Shown in pieces: positions 42,201-54,700 of a stretch of 64,000 bases of DNA; positions within the stretch are counted from its first letter, which is position 1; every line of letters starts with the position of its first letter. This DNA comes from the human T2T-CHM13v2.0 reference genome, Homo sapiens, in NCBI RefSeq assembly GCF_009914755.1, contig NC_060939.1. One strand, written 5' to 3'. Under the pieces are notes generated by a model. The model made no database searches. It was not told where the DNA came from and worked only from the letters and a program-made list of their open reading frames with translations. The translations under genes and the position numbers were made by a program.

Positions 42201-45200
42201 TCTATTCAACTCTATTGCCTTCCATTCCATTCCATTCGATTACATTCCATGCGATTCCATTCGAAATCGAATCAATTACATTGCAATCCATTACTATTGA
42301 GTCCGTTTTATTCCAGTCCACTGCATTCTGGTCCATTCCATTTGATTCCATTCCATTCTATTCCATTCCATACAGTTGCATTCCATTGGATTCCATGCTA
42401 TATCTATAAATTCAATTCGAGACCATTGCTTTTGAGTCCATTCTATATGATTCCATTCCATTCAAGTCCATTACATTTGGTTAAATTCCATTCCATTCGG
42501 TTCAATTCCATTCCATTCCATTCCCTTCCATTCCATTCCAGTTGATATCAATCCATTCGATTCCATTCCATTCGAGCACATTCCATTCGAGTCCATTCCA
42601 TTCGATGCCATTCCATTTGATTCTATTCCATTAGTCTCCATTCAATTCCATTAATCTCCATTCCATTCCATTCTACTCCAACTGATTCCATTCCATTCTG
42701 TTCCTTTCCATTCCATTTCATTCCATTCCATTCCATTCCATTCCATTCCATTCCATTCGTGTCCATTCCACTCCAGTCCATTCCATTCGTATCCATTCCA
42801 TTCCAGTCCATTCCATTTGTGTCCACTGCATTCCATTCCACTTCATTCCATATTATTCCATTACACTCCATTCCATTCTATTACTTTCATTTCCATTCAA
42901 TTCCATTCCATTTGATTCCATTCCACTCGGTTTCATTCCATTTGAGTCCACTCCATTCCATTCCATTCCATTCAGTTCCATTCCATTCTGTTCCATTCCA
43001 TTCCGTTCCGTTACATTCCATTCCATTCGGTACCATTCCATATTGTTCCATTCGATTCCATTCGAATCCATTCCATTCCAGTCCATTCCATTCGATTTCA
43101 TTCCATTCATTTCAATTCCATTCCATTCCATTCCATTACATTCCACTTGATTCCTCTCCATTCCCTTCCACTGCATTCCGTTCGATTCCATTCCATTGCA
43201 TTGCATTCCATTCCATTGGATTGCATTCCATTCGATTCCATTCCATTCGAATCAATTACATAGCAATCCATTACATTCGAGTCTATTCTCTTCCGTTCCA
43301 TTCGATTTCGTTCCAATCCATTCGATTCCATTCCATTCGATTCCATTCCATACTATTGCATTCCATTCGATTACATTATATTCGAATAAGTTCCATTCAA
43401 GACCATTTCTTTTGAGTCCATTCTATTTGAGTCCATTCCCTTTGATTCCATAACATTTGAGTCCATTCAATTCCATTCCTTTCGTTTCCATTCCATTTGA
43501 TGCCATTCCATTCAATTCTGTTCTACTCGACTCCAATACATTCAATTCCATTCCATCCGATTCCATTACATTCTTTTCATTTCTTATCCATTTCAAGCCA
43601 TTCCACTCCATTCCATTCCACTCGTTTCCTTTCCATTCGAGTCCATTCCTCTCCAGTCCATTCCGTTCAATCCATTCCATTCCAGTCCATTCCATTCGAG
43701 TCCGTTCCATTCCAGTCCATTCCATTCGAGTCAATTCCATTCCATTCGATGTCTTTCCATAACGATCCATTCCATTCTATTCCTTTCGATTCCATTCCAT
43801 TCTATTTCATTCCATTCGATTCCCTTCCATTGGACTCCTTTCCATTCGAGTGCATTCCATTCCGTTCCATTTCTTTCCGTTCTGTACGATTCCTACCGTT
43901 CGATTTCATTTTGTTCCAGTCCATTCTTTCGCGTCCATTCCATTCCATTTCACTCCATTCGATTCCATTCCACTCGATTCCACTTCGTTCCATTTCATTG
44001 CATTCCATTCTATTCAACTCTATTGCCTTCCATTCCATTCCATTCCATTACATTCCATGCGATTCCATTCGAAATCGAATCAATTACATTGCAATCCATT
44101 ACTATTGAGTCCATTTTATTCCAGTCCACTGCATTCTGGTCCATTCCATTTGATTCCATTCCATTCTATTCCATTCCATACAGTTGCATTCCATTGAACT
44201 CCATTGTATATCTATAAATTCGATTCGAGACCATTGCTTTTGAGTCCATTCTATATGATTCCATTCCATTCAAGTCCATTACATTTGGTTCAATTCCATT
44301 CCATTCCATTCCCTTCCATTCCATTCCAGTTGATATCAATCCATTCGATTCCATTCCATTCGAGCACATTCCATTCGAGTCCATTCCATTCGATGCCATT
44401 CCATTTGATTCTATTCCATTAGTCTCCATTCAATTCCATTAATCTGCATTCCATTCCATTCTACTCCAACTGATTCCATTCCATTCTATTCCTTTCCATT
44501 CCATTTCATTCCATTCCATTCCATTTCATTCCATTCCATTCCATTCCATTCCATTCGCTTCCATTCCATTCGTGTCCATTGCATTCCATTCCATTCCATT
44601 TGTGTCCACTGCATTCCATTCCACTCCATTCCATATTATTCCATTACACTCCATTCCATTCTATTACTTTCATTTCCATTGAATTCCATTCCATTTGATT
44701 CCATTCCACTCGGTTTCATTCCATTTGAGTCCACTCCACTCCATTCCATTCCATTCCATTCCATTCAGTTCCATTCCATTCTGTTCCATTCCATTCCGTT
44801 CCATTGCATTCCATTCCATTCGGTACCATTCCATATTGTTCCATTCGATTCCATTCGAATCCATTCCATTCCAGTCCATTCCATTCGATTCCATTCCATT
44901 CCTTTCAATTCCATTCCATTCCATTCCATTCCACTTGATTCCACTCCATTCCCTTCCACTGCATTCCATTGCATTGCATTCCATTCCATTGGACTGCATT
45001 CCATTCGATTCCATTCCATTCGAATCAATTACATAGCAATCCATTACATTCGAGTCTATTCTATTCCGTTCCATTCGATTTCGTTCCAATCCATTCGATT
45101 CCATTCCATTTGATTCCATTCCATACTATTGCATTCCATTCTATTACATTATATTCGAATAAGTTCCATTCAAGACCATTTCTTTTGAGTCCATTCTATT

Positions 45201-47042
45201 TGAGTCCATTCCCTTTGATTCCATAACATTTGAGTCCATTCAATTCCATTCCTTTCGTTTCCATTCCATTTGATGCCATTCCATTCAATTCTGTTCTACT
45301 CGACTCCAATACATTCAATTCCATTCCATCCGATTCCATTACATTCTTTTCATTTCTTATCCATTTCAAGCCATTCCACTCCATTCCATTCCACTCGTTT
45401 CCTTTCCATTCGAGTCCATTCCTCTCCAGTCCATTCCGTTCAATCCATTCCATTCCAGTCCATTCCATTCGAGTCTGTTCCATTCCAGTCCATTCCATTC
45501 GAGTCAATTCCATCCCATTCGATGTCTTTCCATAACGATCCATTCCATTCTATTCCTTTCGATTCCATTCCATTCTATTTCATTCCATTCGATTCCCTTC
45601 TATTGGACTCCTTTCCATTCGAGTGCATTCCATTCCGTTCCATTTCTTTCCGTTCTGTACGATTCCTACCGTTCGATTTCATTTTCTTCCAGTCCATTCT
45701 TTCGCGTCCATTCCATTCCATTTCACTCCATTCGATTCCATTCCACTCGATTCCACTTCGTTCCATTTCATTGCATTCCATTCTATTCAACTCTATTGCC
45801 TTCCATTCCATTCCATTCGATTACATTCCATGCGATTCCATTCGAAATCGAATCAATTACATTGCAATCCATTACTATTGAGTCCGTTTTATTCCAGTCC
45901 ACTGCATTCTGGTCCATTCCATTTGATTCCATTCCATTCTATTCCATTCCATACAGTTGCATTCCATTGGATTCCATGCTATATCTATAAATTCAATTCG
46001 AGACCATTGCTTTTGAGTCCATTCTATATGATTCCATTCCATTCAAGTCCATTAAATTTGGTTAAATTCCATTCCATTCGGTTCAATTCCATTCCATTCC
46101 ATTCCCTTCCATTCCATTCCGGTTGATATCAATCCATTCGATTCCATTCCATTCGAGCACATTCCATTCGAGTCCATTCCATTCGATGCCATTCCATTTG
46201 ATTCTATTCCATTAGTCTCCATTCAATTCCATTAATCTCCATTCCATTCCATTCTACTCCAACTGATTCCATTCCATTCTGTTCCTTTCCATTCCATTTC
46301 ATTCCATTCCATTCCATTCCATTCCATTCCATTCCATTCCATTCGTGTCCATTCCACTCCAGTCCATTCCATTCGTATCCATTCCATTCCAGTCCATTCC
46401 ATTTGTGTCCACTGCATTCCATTCCACTCCATTCCATATTATTCCATTACACTCCATTCCATTCTATTACTTTCATTTCCATTCAATTCCATTCCATTTG
46501 ATTCCATTCCACTCGGTTTCATTCCATTTGAGTCCACTCCATTCCATTCCATTCCATTCAGTTCCATTCCATTCTGTTCCATTCCATTCCGTTCCGTTAC
46601 ATTCCATTCCATTCGGTACCATTCCATATTGTTCCATTCGATTCCATTCGAATCCATTCCATTCCAGTCCATTCCATTCGATTCCATTCCATTCCTTTCA
46701 ATTCCATTCCATTCCATTCCATTACATTCCACTTGATTCCTCTCCATTCCCTTCCACTGCATTCCGTTCGATTCCATTCCATTGCATTGCATTCCATTCC
46801 ATTGGATTGCATTCCATTCGATTCCATTCCATTCGAATCAATTACATAGCAATCCATTACATTCGAGTCTATTCTCTTCCGTTCCATTCGATTTCGTTCC
46901 AATCCATTCGATTCCATTCCATTCGATTCCATTCCATACTATTGCATTCCATTCGATTACATTATATTCGAATAAGTTCCATTCAAGACCATTTCTTTTG
47001 AGTCCATTCTATTTGAGTCCATTCCCTTTGATTCCATAACAT
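36287..47042 (+). repeat. Six-monomer super-repeat, copy 3 (U21-U26, 10756 bp; more diverged, different first monomer)
   Basis: Lengths 1809/1779/1774/1808/1773/1813. It shares the B/C/D-type variants (CGATTGGATT, CATATCATT, TGAACTCC, CGCTTCC, GAGTCTGTT) but lacks several variants specific to copies 1 and 2. Confidence 0.85.
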
Positions 47043-50000
47043 TTGAGTCCATTCAATTCCATTCCTTTCGTTTCCATTCCATTTGATGCCATTCCATTCA
47101 ATTCTGTTCTACTCGACTCCAATACATTCAATTCCATTCCATCCGATTCCATTACATTCTTTTCATTTCTTATCCATTTCAAGCCATTCCACTCCATTCC
47201 ATTCCACTCGTTTCCTTTCCATTCGAGTCCATTCCTCTCCAGTCCATTCCGTTCAATCCATTCCATTCCAGTCCATTCCATTCGAGTCCGTTCCATTCCA
47301 GTCCATTCCATTCGAGTCAATTCCATTCCATTCGATGTCTTTCCATAACGATCCATTCCATTCTATTCCTTTCGATTCCATTCCATTCTATTTCATTCCA
47401 TTCGATTCCCTTCCATTGGACTCCTTTCCATTCGAGTGCATTCCATTCCGTTCCATTTCTTTCCGTTCTGTACGATTCCTACCGTTCGATTTCATTTTGT
47501 TCCAGTCCATTCTTTCGCGTCCATTCCATTCCATTTCACTCCATTCGATTCCATTCCACTCGATTCCACTTCGTTCCATTTCATTGCATTCCATTCTATT
47601 CAACTCTATTGCCTTCCATTCCATTCCATTCCATTACATTCCATGCGATTCCATTCGAAATCGAATCAATTACATTGCAAACCATTACTATTGAGTCCGT
47701 TTTATTCCAGTCCACTGCATTCTGGTCCATTCCATTTGATTCCATTCCATTCTATTCCATTCCATACAGTTGCATTCCATTGGATTCCATGCTATATCTA
47801 TAAATTCAATTCGAGACCATTGCTTTTGAGTCCATTCTATATGATTCCATTCCATTCAAGTCCATTACATTTGGTTCAATTCCATTCCATTCGGTTCAAT
47901 TCCATTCCATTCCATTCCCTTCCATTCCATTCCAGTTGATATCAATCCATTCGATTCCATTCCATTCGAGCACATTCCATTCGAGTCCATTCCATTCGAT
48001 GCCATTCCATTTGATTCTATTCCATTAGTCTCCATTCAATTCCATTAATCTCCATTCCATTCCATTCTACTCCAACTGATTCCATTCCATTCTATTCCTT
48101 TCCATTCCATTTCATTCCATTCCATTCCATTTCATTCCATTCCATTCCATTCCATTCCATTCGCTTCCATTCCATTCGTGTCCATTGCATTCCATTCCAT
48201 TCCATTTGTGTCCACTGCATTCCATTCCACTCCATTCCATATTATTCCATTACACTCCATTCCATTCTATTACTTTCATTTCCATTGAATTCCATTCCAT
48301 TTGATTCCATTCCACTCGGTTTCATTCCATTTGAGTCCACTCCACTCCATTCCATTCCATTCCATTCCATTCAGTTCCATTCCATTCTGTTCCATTCCAT
48401 TCCGTTCCATTGCATTCCATTCCATTCGGTACCATTCCATATTGTTCCATTCGATTCCATTCGAATCCATTCCATTCCAGTCCATTCCATTCGATTCCAT
48501 TCCATTCCTTTCAATTCCATTCCATTCCATTCCATTCCACTTGATTCCACTCCATTCCCTTCCACTGCATTCCATTGCATTGCATTCCATTCCATTGGAC
48601 TGCATTCCATTCGATTCCATTCCATTCGAATCAATTACATAGCAATCCATTACATTCGAGTCTATTCTATTCCGTTCCATTCGATTTCGTTCCAATCCAT
48701 TCGATTCCATTCCATTTGATTCCATTCCATACTATTGCATTCCATTCTATTACATTATATTCGAATAAGTTCCATTCAAGACCATTTCTTTTGAGTCCAT
48801 TCTATTTGAGTCCATTCCCTTTGATTCCATAACATTTGAGTCCATTCAATTCCATTCCTTTCGTTTCCATTCCATTTGATGCCATTCCATTCAATTCTGT
48901 TCTACTCGACTCCAATACATTCAATTCCATTCCATCCGATTCCATTACATTCTTTTCATTTCTTATCCATTTCAAGCCATTCCACTCCATTCCATTCCAC
49001 TCGTTTCCTTTCCATTCGAGTCCATTCCTCTCCAGTCCATTCCGTTCAATCCATTCCATTCCAGTCCATTCCATTCGAGTCTGTTCCATTCCAGTCCATT
49101 CCATTCGAGTCAATTCCATCCCATTCGATGTCTTTCCATAACGATCCATTCCATTCTATTCCTTTCGATTCCATTCCATTCTATTTCATTCCATTCGATT
49201 CCCTTCCATTGGACTCCTTTCCATTCGAGTGCATTCCATTCCGTTCCATTTCTTTCCGTTCTGTACGATTCCTACCGTTCGATTTCATTTTCTTCCAGTC
49301 CATTCTTTCGCGTCCATTCCATTCCATTTCACTCCATTCGATTCCATTCCACTCGATTCCACTTCGTTCCATTTCATTGCATTCCATTCTATTCAACTCT
49401 ATTGCCTTCCATTCCATTCCATTCGATTACATTCCATGCGATTCCATTCGAAATCGAATCAATTACATTGCAATCCATTACTATTGAGTCCGTTTTATTC
49501 CAGTCCACTGCATTCTGGTCCATTCCATTTGATTCCATTCCATTCTATTCCATTCCATACAGTTGCATTCCATTGGATTCCATGCTATATCTATAAATTC
49601 AATTCGAGACCATTGCTTTTGAGTCCATTCTATATGATTCCATTCCATTCAAGTCCATTAAATTTGGTTAAATTCCATTCCATTCGGTTCAATTCCATTC
49701 CATTCCATTCCCTTCCATTCCATTCCGGTTGATATCAATCCATTCGATTCCATTCCATTCGAGCACATTCCATTCGAGTCCATTCCATTCGATGCCATTC
49801 CATTTGATTCTATTCCATTAGTCTCCATTCAATTCCATTAATCTCCATTCCATTCCATTCTACTCCAACTGATTCCATTCCATTCTGTTCCTTTCCATTC
49901 CATTTCATTCCATTCCATTCCATTCCATTCCATTCCATTCCATTCCATTCGTGTCCATTCCACTCCAGTCCATTCCATTCGTATCCATTCCATTCCAGTC

Positions 50001-51700
50001 CATTCCATTTGTGTCCACTGCATTCCATTCCACTCCATTCCATATTATTCCATTACACTCCATTCCATTCTATTACTTTCATTTCCATTCAATTCCATTC
50101 CATTTGATTCCATTCCACTCGGTTTCATTCCATTTGAGTCCACTCCATTCCATTCCATTCCATTCAGTTCCATTCCATTCTGTTCCATTCCATTCCGTTC
50201 CGTTACATTCCATTCCATTCGGTACCATTCCATATTGTTCCATTCGATTCCATTCGAATCCATTCCATTCCAGTCCATTCCATTCGATTCCATTCCATTC
50301 CTTTCAATTCCATTCCATTCCATTCCATTACATTCCACTTGATTCCTCTCCATTCCCTTCCACTGCATTCCGTTCGATTCCATTCCATTGCATTGCATTC
50401 CATTCCATTGGATTGCATTCCATTCGATTCCATTCCATTCGAATCAATTACATAGCAATCCATTACATTCGAGTCTATTCTCTTCCGTTCCATTCGATTT
50501 CGTTCCAATCCATTCGATTCCATTCCATTCGATTCCATTCCATACTATTGCATTCCATTCGATTACATTATATTCGAATAAGTTCCATTCAAGACCATTT
50601 CTTTTGAGTCCATTCTATTTGAGTCCATTCCCTTTGATTCCATAACATTTGAGTCCATTCAATTCCATTCCTTTCGTTTCCATTCCATTTGATGCCATTC
50701 CATTCAATTCTGTTCTACTCGACTCCAATACATTCAATTCCATTCCATCCGATTCCATTACATTCTTTTCATTTCTTATCCATTTCAAGCCATTCCACTC
50801 CATTCCATTCCACTCGTTTCCTTTCCATTCGAGTCCATTCCTCTCCAGTCCATTCCGTTCAATCCATTCCATTCCAGTCCATTCCATTCGAGTCCGTTCC
50901 ATTCCAGTCCATTCCATTCGAGTCAATTCCATTCCATTCGATGTCTTTCCATAACGATCCATTCCATTCTATTCCTTTCGATTCCATTCCATTCTATTTC
51001 ATTCCATTCGATTCCCTTCCATTGGACTCCTTTCCATTCGAGTGCATTCCATTCCGTTCCATTTCTTTCCGTTCTGTACGATTCCTACCGTTCGATTTCA
51101 TTTTGTTCCAGTCCATTCTTTCGCGTCCATTCCATTCCATTTCACTCCATTCGATTCCATTCCACTCGATTCCACTTCGTTCCATTTCATTGCATTCCAT
51201 TCTATTCAACTCTATTGCCTTCCATTCCATTCCATTCCATTACATTCCATGCGATTCCATTCGAAATCGAATCAATTACATTGCAAACCATTACTATTGA
51301 GTCCGTTTTATTCCAGTCCACTGCATTCTGGTCCATTCCATTTGATTCCATTCCATTCTATTCCATTCCATACAGTTGCATTCCATTGGATTCCATGCTA
51401 TATCTATAAATTCAATTCGAGACCATTGCTTTTGAGTCCATTCTATATGATTCCATTCCATTCAAATCCATTACATTTGGTTCAATTCCATTCCATTCGG
51501 TTCAATTCCATTCCATTCCATTCCCTTCCATTCCATTCCAGTTGATATCAATCCATTCGATTCCATTCCATTCGAGCACATTCCATTCGAGTCCATTCCA
51601 TTCGATGCCATTCCATTTGATTCTATTCCATTAGTCTCCATTCAATTCCATTAATCTCCATTCCATTCCATTCTACTCCAACTGATTCCATTCCATTCTA
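44500..51700 (+). repeat. Recent 3606 bp tandem duplication (two monomers x2)
   Basis: Otherwise private variants repeat at +3606: CCATTTGATTCCATTCCATAC (~45111/48717), CATTAAATTTGG (~46055/49661), CCGGTTGATATC (~46121/49727) and GCATTCCATTCCATTCCATTTGTG (~44589/48195). Ends are approximate (+/-50 bp). Confidence 0.9.
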
Positions 51701-54700
51701 TTCCTTTCCATTCCATTTCATTCCATTCCATTCCATTCCATTCCATTCCATTCCATTCGTGACCATTCCACTCCAGTCCATTCCATTCGTATCCATTCCA
51801 TTCCAGTCCATTCCATTTGTGTCCACTGCATTCCATTCCACTCCATTCCATATTATTCCATTACACTCCATTCCATTCTATTACTTTCATTTCCATTCAA
51901 TTCCATTCCATTTGATTCCATTCCACTCGGTTTCATTCCATTTGAGTCCACTCCATTCCATTCCATTCCATTCAGTTCCATTCCATTCTGTTCCATTCCA
52001 TTCCGTTCCATTACATTCCATTCCATTCGGTACCATTCCATATTGTTCCATTCGATTCCATTCGAATCCATTCCATTCCAGTCCATTCCATTCGATTCCA
52101 TTCCATTCATTTCAATTCCATTCCATTCCATTCCATTACATTCCACTTGATTCCTCTCCATTCCCTTCCACTGCATTCCGTTCGATTCCATTCCATTGCA
52201 TTGCATTCCATTCCATTGGATTGCATTCCATTCGATTCCATTCCATTCGAATCAATTACATAGCAATCCATTACATTCGAGTCTATTCTCTTCCGTTCCA
52301 TTCGATTTCGTTCCAATCCATTCGATTCCATTCCATTCGATTCCATTCCATACTATTGCATTCCATTCGATTACATTATATTCGAATACGTTCCATTCAA
52401 GACCATTTCTTTTGAGTCCATTCTATTTGAGTCCATTCCCTTTGATTCCATAACATTTGAGTCCATTCAATTCCATTCCTTTCGTTTCCATTCCATTTGA
52501 TGCCATTCCATTCAATTCTGTTCTACTCGACTCCAATACATTCAATTCCATTCCATCCGATTCCATTACATTCTTTTCATTTCTTATCCATTTCAAGCCA
52601 TTCCACTCCATTCCATTCCACTCGTTTCCTTTCCATTCGAGTCCATTCCTCTCCAGTCCATTCCGTTCAATCCATTCCATTCCAGTCCATTCCATTCGAG
52701 TCCGTTCCATTCCAGTCCATTCCATTCGAGTCAATTCCATTCCATTCGATGTCTTTCCATAACGATCCATTCCATTCTATTCCTTTCGATTCCATTCCAT
52801 TCTATTTCATTCCATTCGATTCCCTTCCATTGGACTCCTTTCCATTCGAGTGCATTCCATTCCGTTCCATTTCTTTCCGTTCTGTACGATTCCTACCGTT
52901 CGATTTCATTTTGTTCCAGTCCATTCTTTCGCGTCCATTCCATTCCATTTCACTCCATTCGATTCCATTCCACTCGATTCCACTTCGTTCCATTTCATTG
53001 CATTCCATTCTATTCAACTCTAATGCCTTCCATTCCATTCCATTCCATTACATTCCATGCGATTCCATTCGAAATCGAATCAATTACATTGCAATCCATT
53101 ACTATTGAGTCCGTTTTATTCCAGTCCACTGCATTCTGGTCCATTCCATTTGATTCCATTCCATTCTATTCCATTCCATACAGTTGCATTCCATTGGATT
53201 CCATGCTATATCTATAAATTCAATTCGAGACCATTGCTTTTGAGTCCATTCTATATGATTCCATTCCATTCAAGTCCATTACATTTGGTTAAATTCCATT
53301 CCATTCGGTTCAATTCCATTCCATTCCATTCCCTTCCATTCCATTCCAGTTGATATCAATCCATTCGATTCCATTCCATTCGAGCACATTCCATTCGAGT
53401 CCATTCCATTCGATGCCATTCCATTTGATTCTATTCCATTAGTCTCCATTCAGTTCCATTAATCTCCATTCCATTCCATTCTACTCCAACTGATTCCATT
53501 CCATTCTATTCCTTTTTATTCCATTTCATTCCATTCCATTCCATTCCATTCCATTCCATTCGTGTCCATTCCACTCCAGTCCATTCCATTCGTATCCATT
53601 CCATTCCAGTCCATTCTATTTGTGTCCACTGCATTCCATTCCACTCCATTCCATATTATTCCATTACACTCCATTCCATTCTATTACTTTCATTTCCATT
53701 CAATTCCATTCCATTTGATTCCATTCCACTCGGTTTCATTCCATTTGAGTCCACTCCATTCCATTCCATTCCATTCAGTTCCATTCCATTCTGTTCCATT
53801 CCATTCCGTTCCATTACATTCCATTCCATTCGGTACCATTCCATATTGTTCCATTCGATTCCATTCGAATCCATTCCATTCCAGTCCATTCCATTCGATT
53901 CCATTCCATTCATTTCAATTCCATTCCATTCCATTCCATTACATTCCACTTGATTCCTCTCCATTCCCTTCCACTGCATTCCGTTCGATTCCATTCCATT
54001 GCATTGCATTCCATTCCATTGGATTGCATTCCATTCGATTCCATTCCATTCGAATCAATTACATAGCAATCCATTACATTCGAGTCTATTCTATTCCGTT
54101 CCATTCGATTTCGTTCCAATCCATTCGATTCCATTCCATTCGATTCCATTCCATACTATTGCATTCCATTCGATTACATTATATTCGAATAAGTTCCATT
54201 CAAGACCATTTCTTTTGAGTCCATTCTATTTGAGTCCATTCCCTTTGATTCCATAACATTTGAGTCCATTCAATTCCATTCCTTTCGTTTCCATTCCATT
54301 TGATGCCATTCCATTCAATTCTGTTCTACTCGACTCCAATACATTCAATTCCATTCCATCCGATTCCATTACATTCTTTTCATTTCTTATCCATTTCAAG
54401 CCATTCCACTCCATTCCATTCCACTCGTTTCCTTTCCATTCGAGTCCATTCCTCTCCAGTCCATTCCGTTCAATCCATTCCATTCCAGTCCATTCCATTC
54501 GAGTCCGTTCCATTCCAGTCCATTCCATTCGAGTCAATTCCATCCCATTCGATGTCTTTCCATAACGATCCATTCCATTCTATTCCTTTCGATTCCATTC
54601 CATTCTATTTCATTCCATTCGATTCCCTTCCATTGGACTCCTTTCCATTCGAGTGCATTCCATTCCGTTCCATTTCTTTCCGTTCTGTACGATTCCTACC

